From positions 1 to 64,000 of the forward strand of contig OW569393.1 in the NCBI GenBank assembly GCA_937625935.1: 64,000 bases of DNA. The letters are read 5' to 3'. The notes beneath the pieces were generated by a model, which did not search any database, was not told the origin of the DNA, and worked only from the letters and a program-made list of their open reading frames with translations. Of this stretch, positions 12,782 to 24,920 are shown piece after piece. Numbering within the stretch: the first letter of the stretch is position 1; every line of letters begins with the position of its first letter. The stretch is from Tetramitus jugosus. Lineage: Eukaryota > Protista > Heterolobosea. Position numbers and translations under genes: made by a program.

Positions 12782-12979
12782 GTGATGAATATGTGCAGTG
12801 AATGCTTTATCGATTGTGATTCGTGTCAACAGAGAGGATGTTGTGTATGTGCTACAGAGTGTAGTGCTTGTTCAAAGAACTGTTGTATGACATGTAAAGT
12901 AACAGTGTGTGGACCTGTTTGTAAGCCATGTGGGGCTGATATATGCAATGGTAATGCTGGAGAGAATGTGAGAGACTGA
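12782..12979 (+). CDS. Small Cys-rich (CxxC repeat) protein
   Basis: CSECFIDCDSC...CATECSACSKNCCMTC...CGPVCKPC; lies downstream of the palindrome at 12693. Confidence 0.4.
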   Translation: MMNMCSECFIDCDSCQQRGCCVCATECSACSKNCCMTCKVTVCGPVCKPCGADICNGNAGENVRD

Positions 12980-13047
12980 CTCAAGCGTGTCAATAAATGT
13001 CACTTTACAAAAGCTCAAAGCAAACAAAACAACAACAATAACAAAAC

Positions 13048-13512
13048 ATGTTAAGAGTGAAGAGACTGAGTGAACACGCTATACTACCAGTAAGAGGTAC
13101 TAAAGGAGCTGCTGGATGGGATCTGTCAGCAGCGGATGGTGGAACTGTACCACCAAGAGGAAAGGTATTGATACCAACAGACTTACAGATGGCCATTCCA
13201 GAAGGATATTATGGTAGAATAGCTCCAAGGAGTGGTCTTGCATGGAAGTCTTTTATTGATACAGATGCAGGTGTCATTGATTCAGACTATCGTGGAAATG
13301 TGAATGTAATGCTCTTCAACTATTCAGAAGCCATTACATGTCAAACAAGGCGATAGAATAGCACAGTTGATTCTTGAACAGATAAGCACAGAGGATCTTG
13401 TTGAGGTAGATAGTCTGGATGAAACAGAAAGAGGTTATGGTGGGTTTGCGTCAACTGGGATCAACTGTCTGTACTTGTCTGTATTGTTGTTCTATTATTG
13501 TTTCTGTAACTA
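13048..13512 (+). pseudogene. DUT: Trimeric dUTPase with one frameshift
   Basis: Motifs [16 protein letters not shown] and GVIDSDYRG in ORF 13048-13356; after a shift near 13330 another frame reads [15 protein letters not shown]...[15 protein letters not shown] (motifs 4 and 5). Confidence 0.9.
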
Positions 13513-15899
13513 GAATGAATCATTGTTAGAGGAGCATTGCTTGCGATAAGCGAACTAGTAGGTGAAAAAAGTAAAGTCTGTGACGCGATGTGACTATATC
13601 TCCTCTCCTGTAAAGCATTGGCTGGCCCATTTTAAATCGGGTCAAGGAAAAGTCTGTACTTTTTGAGCTTTGGGCTCTCGGCCTAATATCCAAAACAGGA
13701 AACTCCTTGTAAGCATTAGCTGGCCCAAACAGCTGGGAACATAGAGGAGTTTCGTTGAAAGCGTTGTAACTTTGGCAATTGGACAGGTTTAATCCATACT
13801 GGAACTTTAGTACAACTACTACAACACAACAATGGAAGATGATATGGAGGTATCTGATAGTGAATCACCAGAGTATGAATCAGAGTACGAGTCAGACTAT
13901 GAGCCTGATGATTCAGACACTAACATGGGTGACAAAGAGAAAGAAGATCCATTCAAGAGATTGCTTACCCGTATGGTTATCTTGTATAGATCTACTCTTC
14001 ATGAGAAAGCACCTCATTTTGACATTGATGATTTATCTGGAGGAGATGGATATTGGTATACATATACTACTGAAAAGGGTGAAGAAGCTGAAGACTTTGT
14101 AGCCATAAGTGAGGTCGAAGACGATAAAGGTATTCTGTCTCGTGCATTCAGACGATTCTATGTCAGGATAACAGATGCAATGAAGATGAGTGTATTGGAT
14201 AATGACAAGGAGAGATCACTCAAGAAGTATGAATCATATCGTGAGATGGGTGAAGAGGGTCTATTCGCAATGATCATGCAACTGGGAAAGCAAACACTGG
14301 AACCAAGTATAGATGATACAGACGAGGTATACAGGAAAATTCTGTTGATTATGAGGATAGTGTTATCCACGTGCATACGCGTAGCAGAGTATGACATTAG
14401 AAAGGATATGAATAATATGCACACTGAATTTATGTTGATGTTTGCTCCAATGAGATCAGAACTCCATCAGAAGCTCAAGCATCATCAGCCACTTGCTATC
14501 AACGAAACTCATACAGTATTGAGAGATGCTTGTTCATACAGAAGATCTGTTCTCAAGTTCAATGTTGATCCAGTGTTGTTGAAGCGTGTTGCAAAGCTGT
14601 TGATCAGTAGAGATGGTGTTGGTAAGATAGTTTCTGGACAGACTGATAGTAAGCTGTTCACTGATTACAAGTCCAAGACTCCTTTTGATTCAGATGACGT
14701 TGGTATGTACATGTATCGTGTACGTAACAAGATCTATAGGAATGGAGAATCTGCACCAATGTTCTTTACCAAGAAGTCTATTGAGTGAAGAGCTCAATAA
14801 GATGAAGAACAGAATCAAAGAACTGAGAAAGGTGAACAATGACATGACAAAGGATGGTAATGCTATGAGCCCATCTGAAAAGGTCATCCATGCATCTAAC
14901 CAGAAAGAGATTGACGTTCTAGAGAATGAAACACTCAGAGTTAAGCAGATGATTGGTGTCACCAAACAGAGTTTCATCAAGGTAGCTAAAGAGGCATATT
15001 TCAAATCCTCTACTGATCCAGATAGCACTTCACATTTCAGTTCAGCAATGGATGTGTCATTCAGTAACAAGAATCTACTATATACAACAAAGGGTGGTTC
15101 ATTGGTGAGCACTACTGAAGCAACAAATGGTAGATTGGATATTGATCCATTGGTGGTGTTTTATGTCAGAACACATCACCAACATTGAACAGATGGCTAG
15201 TCAAAAGAGTCTGACTGAAAGAGGTAGAGCTCTTTGTTTACTAGAGTATGCCAGATGCTTGATTAGTATACAACAGATCATTCCCGGATTGAGAAGTGTT
15301 ATGTATGACGAGACCTTTCTTCCAACTGACAAGAATATCAGTTCAATGTCATATGCTTGGGACACAATCAGCGAGATTGAAGAAAACCTATTCGATCCTA
15401 ATAGTAAGATACACAAGAACAGAGACAGAAAAGAGATTGAAGAATATATCAACCACTACATGCTGATGAAGAAATCGGGTGTTATACATCCAATACTGTT
15501 CATGTTGAAGGTGGCACAGATTGGTGTTGAGGACCTGTTGTCTGATAGTATCCCAAGCATGATATTCAAAGGTCTATCAAACACACATAAGGACAATGTA
15601 TTGAGACACTTGTCAGACATGGTGTTGGCTGACCGTAAGCCAGATTCAATTGTTCATGATTTGATCAAATGGATCATTGCAACATGTTCAAGTCATGCAA
15701 CAAGACAAGTATCGAGATTGGCAAAAACATACTTTTCTAGTGTTTACGGGTTCTACTTTGAAGACACAAAAGCACCAACCATCAGATATGACTCAGAAAA
15801 GTACAGATCAATGTCTAAACAGTTGTTCTCTGATGTTCTGATAGCAAAGAGAGATATTGCAAAGCCCAGAAGTGAGAATGGAGAAGGCAGGTAGCTGAG

Positions 15900-16487
15900 C
15901 GGCAGTAATGATTGACTGAGCGGCAGTAATGGTGAAAAGCAGTAAACAGTTGATTTCCTTGTATTGTTGGACACCCCGTTAGGTCTTCCTGCTCCACAGA
16001 TATTCTGATCTGTATCGAACAAACTCCTTTGATATCCCTCAATAATACTGAACACCCTATCATGAAACTCGTTGGCAGTATCAGGCAGTTCTTTTAGATT
16101 ATGTTTAACTGCAAAATGTATGAGACACGCGTTGATATGTTTGCATATTCTCGTATGATTGAGATAATCTATGCAAGTACAACAAGTGTATTGAAGGTTC
16201 ACTCCATAATCATCAACTTTGTAAATAAAAGGTCCTTCTAATCCTTCTTCTACTCTATTTTTTGTATATAACTTCTTTCCCTTCTCCAATCGTAACGATA
16301 GTTGTCGCACTGTTTCATTCTTATGGACTTGCTTGAAACTCTGTTTCCTCAATTGTTGGTTGGTAAATTTAACAATATGATTCAACAGCTTATCGAAACG
16401 TTTGATCTTCCCAGATAAATCCATCTGGAACAAACGTATAGCAGTTTCCGTCACGTTGTTAGTGGATCCAAGACTGTTATTTCTCAA
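15900..16487 (-). pseudogene. SWIM zinc-finger C-terminal part of the MULE transposase
   Basis: CTCIDYLNHTRICKHI matches CxCx(n)CxH (SWIM). Confidence 0.8.
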
Positions 16488-16598
16488 ACATCTTTCGCTC
16501 GAATTCCAGTACGATGATGCTCCTTGTTAAAGTATTCTAAGAATGATGTTGCATGTGTTCCACATACTCTACATAATTCAGCATACACCTGTATGTAC

Positions 16599-17729
16599 TC
16601 ATCCATTCTTTTCTTTGGTACCCAGAAGTCTTAACATAATCACAGCAACTTTCTCTCTCATATCATTCGGGACTTTTTTCACAATGTGCTTTCTCCAACA
16701 ACGCTTCAGATGAAATCGACAAATACAGAAGTCTATCTCAAGTTGTAAGAGAGCATTAATTTGACTGTTCTCTTCATCCACAGAGAACATAGGTCTTTTG
16801 TAGTTTGCAGGAAATGTTTCTCTTAAATATAGAAGAAATGATCGTATCAACTCTTTCAACACACTAGCTTTGTTGTGACTTGCAATTGAGTAACCTAGAA
16901 TGATTCCTCTGAAATCTTTCTTGGTTACAGTTGTGTACAAATTAATTGGTATACCTTGGTCTGTTACCTTGTAAACTGCATCATGACCGATTACTTTGAA
17001 TATTCTTCCATTCTCAACAGCAAAGGAAATTAAACTCTTTGATACTAAGAGTACGGAGAAGCTGTTCATCATCATTGATTCGATCGAGCCCTGAGGTACT
17101 ATTACATGAAGGTCACTCGATTTCTTGATCAGCTCTTGTAATTCCATTTTAAAAGCTTGAAAATGATCCTTGGATAAGCGTTTCTTCCTATTCTCATGGT
17201 CCATAAAATTTCGGACTATTCTAGTGTTCACACTCAGACCCTCAGCTATTTTAGTACTTGTTGTACCGAATGTTGCTGTCTGCTGTCGTACTGTTTGCCT
17301 TTGATATGTTGTTAAGCCTCGATATAGTTTCAATGTTGGTCTCCATTGAGGACAATGGCTTCCTTTACAGCAAACAATAGCATCTTGAGATGTAAAAGGG
17401 ACATACCACTTCCACTGAGCGGTGCAGTTTTGTGATTCTTGACAGATTGGATGAGTGCAGTCAAATATTTCATATAATGCTATTGTCGCTCGTCCGTGTT
17501 CTTGTGGGAAGGTGTATCCAAGTACTCCAGTCATCAGTGGATTTGGCCAAATTTTTCCGTTATTTCTGAACAAAGTCTGATTCGAAGTCAACTGAGTGAT
17601 ATTTGAATTTCGTTTGAAACCCTGGCTCTTATAGGAGCTTTGAATGAAGGGGATCTCTCTTCTGGTCTTGTCTAATTCAGATTGCACATGTTTTGACGAC
17701 TGTCCACTTATCATATTTATCAATGCCAA
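16599..17729 (-). pseudogene. MULE DDE transposase core (fragment)
   Basis: GHDAVYKVT (first D), FSVDEENSQINAL (second D), CRFHLKRCW (CxxH); frame is broken on both sides. Confidence 0.85.
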
Positions 17730-18525
17730 CGGGTGTTATGTTACTATCTTCTTCGATAAGAGACAATTGTTTGGCTTTGAATGATAGTTTTGGTTGTTGT
17801 TCAAATATACTCTCTGAGTTTGAAGCTTCACCAATTTCATCCTCTTCGTCTGAATTCAAATTCTGAACAGAGCCTTCATTTCTTTCGTCTGCATTGAATA
17901 TGGTTGTCAATTGTTTAACGACACTCTTAATTTTGTTCGATGATAAGTCTTCTTCAACGGAAGTACATGTTGAACTAACTACTGATAACCTGTGAGTGAG
18001 CTTTTCATGAAGCTCTTTACGATATTCACTTATAGTTTCATTTGTGAAGTGCAACTGTTCGTTTTTGAATTCATTCATATCACCAGACAACTCCAATAAA
18101 TGCTTGATGTATTGGAGAATATATATTCCACAGTCATAAGTATTGTTTTGTTGGGGTAAATGAAGTCGTTCAACTCTAACTTCACGTTCATCTTCGTTCG
18201 GGTTTTCTTGTTTCCATCTCACATGCATAAAGTGCTTCAATTGCGATACAGGAGTCTCATGCCAGCGGGCAAGACTATCACAATATACTATTTCGTCAAC
18301 CCCATCTGTTGAATGAATCAAAAAAAGTATCCAGTGATTGTTCACACATACCGGAATAATAGTTGTCGTACCATCAAATATGTTATGATGAACAATTCGT
18401 GATGCGCACCTGGAAGGATCATTCACCATGACCGGGAAAAATTGAGTATTCATGATGTGAATTCTGTCTGTTCTAAATGAATTGTACAGCTCGTTAATTC
18501 CAAAATCAATAGCACTATCATTCAA
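17677..18525 (-). pseudogene. Ulp1/SENP (peptidase C48) domain inside the MULE
   Basis: (W)LNDSAID, NNHWIL, YCDSL and QQNNTYDCGIY give the H-D-Q-C catalytic set. Confidence 0.9.
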
Positions 18526-18672
18526 CCATTCACCAGGAAGAAGAGTTGTGAGATCCGTTTCATTTAGTGCAGCATTGTCAAATAAACGAATTTTACGGTG
18601 CGGTGTTGTTGATGGAGTTATTTTCCCTCTCTCTCTTTTTTTCTGTGGCGGTGTCTTGACATCTTGATGTGA

Positions 18673-19062
18673 TTAACTTGGGTGTTGATCTTCATTGGTA
18701 GTTTGTGTTTTATAGATTGGTGATGTCATTGTTTGCTCATTGTGTGAACTAATGTTCATTGTTTTCAAGTGATTGTTCGACCTTGTTAGTTTCTCTTCCG
18801 GACTACCCATTCTGCTCAAGCCGTGAACATCCAGGAAAATCACAATTTCGTGATTATCACATGAGTCAAAAGAAAGGTTATTGACGAATGGAAGAAGTCG
18901 TCCAATGAGAACAAGCTTAGAATTTGCTCTTGAACTGAGTTCTCTTTCTTCGCACATCCTTCTCAAATTTACAATGCTCATTCTCTCTAAATGAGAGAGA
19001 GATTGATTAATGACGACTTGGTTTTGTATCTTCGCCACTGGTCTTGGTCTTCTTCTGCGCAT
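18673..19062 (-). CDS. SAP-domain N-terminal fragment of the MULE ORF
   Basis: MSIVNLRRMCEERELSSRANSKLVLIGRL is SAP-like, followed by a second weaker repeat. Confidence 0.6.
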   Translation of the reverse strand: MRRRRPRPVAKIQNQVVINQSLSHLERMSIVNLRRMCEERELSSRANSKLVLIGRLLPFVNNLSFDSCDNHEIVIFLDVHGLSRMGSPEEKLTRSNNHLKTMNISSHNEQTMTSPIYKTQTTNEDQHPS

Positions 19063-22000
19063 TTGTTTGTGTGTGATTTGAATTCTGGCGCGAAAATTTA
19101 CTGCCTCTCATCATGGATCGTTACTGCCCGTCAGATTTCCTGCCCGTCAGATTTCCATTACTGCCTCTCATAATTTTCCATGGAGAAGTGTCTGTTGGTG
19201 GATGGAATTCATACGTCGTTTATCCACTCAATCCTAAGCTAACCACAGCCAAACAAGATGGCATATTCGTTGATCTGACCAAGGGCTCTCATTCAAACCT
19301 CACAGAATTACAAGCAGTAAGAACAGTGAATGACAACCTGTCCAGAGAATTGTCTGGCTATGTACCGTTATTGGGTGATCAAGACGATGAAGAAGAGTCT
19401 GAAGAAGAACATGATATAGAGATGAACGAGACAATCAGCGAAGAAATCACTGATCCTTCTATTGCATCATTGCTGAAGGAGTTTGAAAATGAAGTGGATG
19501 TAACAGTGAAAGTAGAAGTGAAGTCTGATGATAAATACAAGAGCGAAAAACAGAGTGTATTGGATATACTACTATCAGACATAGAAGGACCAGTCATAGT
19601 GAAGAACGTGATGGATAGACATGGTGCCATGATGGTTCACCAGATCCTTGCATCAGACTCTTCATCTGATTATGCTAGACCAGATGATGGAACATCTCCT
19701 TATGCAGACGACGAAGAGGGAGAGGATGACTCTGAGCATCAAGTGCTTGAAGTTGTTGATAGATTGTCAGAAGGGTAGCTATCAGTGTGATTAACCTGTT
19801 GAACACTAAAGCTAGTCATTCACGATTGATCAAGAACAAGACTCATGCTCTGAAGGTGATAAGAAAGTATTTGACTGATATGGAGCTTGGTCCAAGAACA
19901 ATACGTCGTTATCTGATCAAAGAAACAGACGAGAAAGACCCTCCTATCGAACCATCAATCAAGTGGGTCAGAACGATATACTATTTGGTGGTTGACAGTT
20001 TATTACTCACATGTGATGCTATGCAATCATTGGAAGATTAGTGTCACTAGTATCAAGGACAGTGATCTGTTGAAGACCACCGTTCCTGATATCATGGCAA
20101 GGATTAATGATAACAGTCATGAAGTCATGAACTATGTAGAACGTTTGATTGGTGAATGCGCGGAGGAACCAGGTCAAAGGCAATACTATACCTGTTGATA
20201 TTGGTGACTCGATACCAGAATGAAAGCGCTGCCAATACAATTGCACAGGAAGAGGATACTGAACCGTATGCGACAGACAAGGACAACATGCTCGCACAGA
20301 TAGCAACGCTGAAGGGACAGAGGAGTGAATTGTTTGATCTGTTGCAGAAAAAGATCCAACAGGACATAATATCTGAAATGCATGACAATACAAAGAGTGC
20401 AAGCAATGTAGAGATGATGGCTCATTTGATGCAGGCAATTACCTTGTGGTATAACAGAGGCATATCAGCGATCTCTGCATGCAACCTATCTGAACTACAT
20501 GGGTGATAAGGCAGACATGTTCAAGAATATAATCATCAGCTTCAGTAGACCTGTTGAAGTGGGCTTTAACAGAAACGAGAGAAAGAAGAGAATAGATAAG
20601 AAGGGATACGACGAGTGTTTGATAGAAGAATGTCTATCACTGGAAGACCTAGCTTCAGACCTATTAAGCCATTCCTCAAGAAGGATGTGATCCTATTGTA
20701 CCAAAGACAGTGTCAATGATCAAGTATTGTCTACCATTTGAGTATATTAAACAGTAAAGAGTTTACTTGTTGAGAATCATAATGTCCATCAATCCCTTCG
20801 ATGAGCAGTTCTTAAGAGTCTTAGCCCAGATTCTTCTGGTCTTCTTGTGATATTCGAGGTGTATCATTCCCCACTCAAGATAAGCATGTGCTCTTCCATT
20901 CTGACCTGCTCCATTTGGTATTGAGTACCATGAATCTTCACAGGAGCTCCTTGCACAGTTGCATCACTGAACAACCAGTTTCCAACAAGACACCATCAAA
21001 ATTGATATGATTAAAAAGCTCGCCCCATGTTCTGATACCAAGAGCACCATACTTGAATGCATTGAATGAAGGGAATACTGGTACATTCTCTCTCACATGC
21101 ATAGAGTTATCGTTCAACTGAGCTGGTGAAAATGTCATGAGAAGAAGAGAGATAGAAAGGTGTCTATTGAAAGAGTTTATGGTGCTACTTCTCTCATCAG
21201 AAAGTTCTATATCGATAGAAGGCTCAACAATTTGTTGCAGAGAAAGTGGCAGAGAAATGGAAGAAGAGAAGAAAGTTGAGTACAACACTCGTTTTGAATG
21301 AGGGAACTTACAAGGGAAAGTAGGTGTCCTTGCAAAGAAGGAGAAGGACGAAATTGAAGCTATCAAGGTAAAGTACCAGACTCAAGAGAGAATTGGATGA
21401 GCAATATAAGGGAGTAGTGGAACCTAATAGTGAAGAGATGATATTGAGAAGATTGATCTCTCCAATGATAGTGAATAACAGTTCAATTTTTCATATAGAT
21501 GTTCAGCACTGTCAGCTAACGCTGCCAGTGCAATGATAGCTAGCAAAAAAAAACAGGATATATAAGGAAAAAGCTCTCCTTAGGTTGGGAATCCAGGAAG
21601 TATCCTCAAAACAACACCTTGAACCCAAGGAGAGTAAATAGGTCCCTGTTTTGTTTTGACTTTGATCTTGCGGTAAAACTCCTCCTTACCATTATCAGAT
21701 CTCAAAAAGATCGCGAAATGATAATGATTCTCTTCTGTTACTCCGATTTCTTCAAATGTTTGTTCCAAAAATCTCTTCTGCTTTCGGGCCCTTGAATACA
21801 ATTTGTTATGAGGTCTCTTATGCTTCTTGGTCATTGCTGTGATGTTGTGATGATTTTTGTCTTCTAACGGTTTTCTTTCGTTGAAGTTTCAATGCGGGGA
21901 AATCTATTTGATTATTTCAATTTCAAATTTCAATTTACTGAAGGACCAAAATTTTAATTCACAACAAGTGTCCTACCTCGGAGACCTTGTGAGGTTGGAT

Positions 22001-24089
22001 TAATTCTGATGCCTTCTGGAGGATGAGAGCACCAGCGAGCCTATTGAATTTGGTTGTGGTTTCTTCGTCCAAACAGGCTGCAATGAGCCGAAGGTCAAAG
22101 GACAGAAAGGAGTTTTCCTCTTCCAACTCCTTGATTCTAGAGCCTGTTCATAATTAACAGACTCCAGATCAGAATCAGGATCGCACGTGGAGGGAGCAGT
22201 AGAAAGTTGTTTGTGGTTGCTGCGGTGGTTGTTGCTGTTGCTTTTGTTGCTGTTGCTGCCGTAGTTGACATGATATGATAGGTCCGCCAGGATTTTCTTT
22301 TCAATATCGATCCTCAAAAAAAGAGAACTCTTTCAATTCACCCCACCTCCTCCTTTCATATTATCCCATTAACACTTCCAAGAACAACAATTTGTCGTTC
22401 GTGATGTGGTAATTTGGTTGAAATGAGTGTATTTTTGGTGACGTACCTCTTTTCATGACTTGTTGTGGTTGTTTTCTTTTGTGTTTTTGTTCTTTCGATC
22501 CAGTTGACCAAAATCAAAACAAGAATTAAAACTCCGCCTGTAGAAAACCTAAGGGCCACCAAGCTAGCAACGATGGTTCTGAAAGAGAAAACCGATGTAT
22601 TGATGGACATAATGGGAGGTCCTGTGCGTTGGTGCGTCTTTGATTGTTTATCATGACTGTATGATTCACACGCAAGTAACTGCCGTTAAGGTAGAACGGT
22701 TCTGTCTTTCAGCTTCAGATTTTGGGTGATCCTAATTCCACTCCCTAACATTGCCCTGCAAAATTAACAGTTTAATGGTTTCTGGTCTCAACAAGACAGA
22801 AACAAAAACATAACAGAATGCCTTCTCTCATTAATCTAGGCAGCACTGTTTTGTATGACTGTTGCAGGAATGGATATGGTACTTGTGGTGAAGATCTGCG
22901 AGCTAGAGTTGTTGGAGAGAGATTATCATAAATGGATATCTAGTGATGGAGTTTGTTGGGGTTGATTTACCTGTCCGAACAAAGGAGAATTGAAAGGAGC
23001 ATCAATCTTTTGTTTCTTGCGGCTGGAAGTGTTGTCGTGCTTCTTGAGATTGATAGCTGCTCTGGGACGTTTTTTCGGTGGATTAGATCCAGTGCTTTCT
23101 TCTGTTGACACGTTCATAACTTCTGACAGCAAATCATCTTCAGACTCAATTTCGATGAAATTTTCGTTGTGTTGTTGGTAATGTAGACATGTTTATTGTA
23201 TTTGTTGTCCTATTTGTTCGGTTGTGTCGAGAAACCAACGTGAATATTTTGTAAATTCCATCGAGAAGCTCTCAAAAAAAGCTCTTTTAGCGAAATTAGA
23301 AGTTGTGATAAGAATGTTTAGTGGAAATGAGACTGAATTCCACTAGAACATAGCGGTGTTTCTTTTGGAGGGGGCATTTGGTCCTCTGTTTTTAACACCC
23401 TGTTTAAGGCGAAACAAAGATTTCCAATTACAAAAAAACTGGGCGATCTGTCGACTAACGCTCCATCAATAAATCTGTAGTTCCTACAACGCCCACAATA
23501 GCTTATTGTGTCCTCAGTCTAGTGACAACTTTGGTCACTCTGGGAGATTTTTCTTAGACATCGAGTGTGATCGCAGAAAACCATACAATGATAGCATTTG
23601 TTGATGGTGATACAACTATCAACACGCACTCACAAGTTGTTTTATTTGAACATTACTCAACTTACTCACTACACTGGCGCAGCATATTCTGGTGTGAAGT
23701 CACTTAAGCAACCGACAGTCATTTAACAATCTTTTCTATGGAGATATCCGATTCTGCACCAGGTTATTATACCTTCATCAAATCCAGAACGAGCAGCACA
23801 GATGCTGGTGTTGTCTTTGGTGATGTGACCTGATCCAATCACTGCTCACACAAAGACGGCCTTTAAACATGAAAGATAGAATTTTATTGAGTGAGCTTAC
23901 TTTCTTCCTCTTTTGAATGGTGGATGAAATTGGATTGATAGTGCACTATCCAACAGAAAACATGCGATATTTGACAAGATAGAGAATTACTTTATCGATG
24001 AAGAAATTGTTGATAAGATTGTGGTCTCGTGTGTTGTTGCTTCCTTGTCGTTATCAAAGCGATTCTAGTTATTGAATTAAAGCTTCACG

Positions 24090-24920
24090 GTGTTCTTCCA
24101 TCAAAAGTACTTAGTTTTCAGTGGTGATAGACAGAGAGGGAGGTTGAGAGGGAACAAGGGAACCAATATTTTTACTATAGGATTGAAGGAATTTGATAGC
24201 CAATGCAGAAGATCCCTCTTTCCTACAGTTCTTTGGAGAGGTTGTGAGTCTTTGGGTCGTGGGTATCTTGAAATCACAATTAAGGATCTCGTGTCCCTAA
24301 GGGTGTTGAACTATTTAGTGTCTGTCACTTGTTCGAACAAGGAAGCCTCAACAAGCCAGTATGGTGCACTGATCTGGACTCGATTGTGGATGGCGGTCTC
24401 TATTCAGATACTGATCTCTTCTGTCCCTATTGTGTATGCACCTAATCAAAAGCCAATAAGTTTGGAAAAATTAGAACTCGAGTTTTACATATTCATGGTG
24501 AGCGAATCATTGAAAAAGAAATCGATAAGTTAAAAGGCTTTCATTTTGTAACCAAAAGAAGGCGCTAGTTCAGGTGACATTGATGAACAGGAGGTGGTTG
24601 ATAATGGAAGTTACAGATGTCCTCCACTACAGGAGAACAGTGTACAATGATACTGAAGAGCACAAGTACTATTTTTAATGATGATCGGGCCCCAACAAGG
24701 AGTAGGATGGTATCTTCATATTCTAATACATCATTTACCAACGTTGATAGAAGAGTACAAGAGTTTATGTCCTTTCAGTACTCAAGCTTTGGAGTCTCAT
24801 CATCAACTGATGAACAACTGCTATACTAGAGGAACGAATCATGAAGGAAGTCGATGGGAGTCACGATATACTTACTCAACAACTCGATTTTTCGCTCAGA
24901 CAGGTGTGGTTAGCCCTTAA
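24090..24920 (+). pseudogene. RAG1/Transib/CMC-type DDE transposase relic
   Basis: In order: LVFSGD (24111), CTDLDSIVDGGL...FCPYC (~24365-24433), RVLHI (~24480), YLHILIHHLPTLIEEYKSLCPFSTQALESHHQ (~24710-24805); frameshifted. Confidence 0.7.

Larger units (their letters stand above)
15887..19179 (-). mobile_element. Mutator-like element (MULE), 3293 bp, with imperfect TIRs and 9-bp TSD ATGGAGAAG
   Basis: TSD at 15878-15886 and 19180-19188; left end GCAGGTAGCTGAGCGGCAGTAATG versus reverse complement of the right end GGAAAATTATGAGAGGCAGTAATG; subterminal GCAGTAA repeats; transposase inside. Confidence 0.93.
13832..21480 (+). pseudogene. Large unknown gene, broken by frameshifts and interrupted by a MULE insertion
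   Basis: Co-oriented overlapping ORFs at 13832, 14685, 15127, 19113, 19787, 19992, 20156 and 20499. Removing 15887-19188 joins ...KPRSENGE to VSVGGWNSY... in frame. The 3' limit is approximate. Confidence 0.65.

Noticed and set aside
21580-21834. SDNGKEEF in a short ORF, resembling an integrase motif
   Set aside because: No other integrase motifs in context; probably chance
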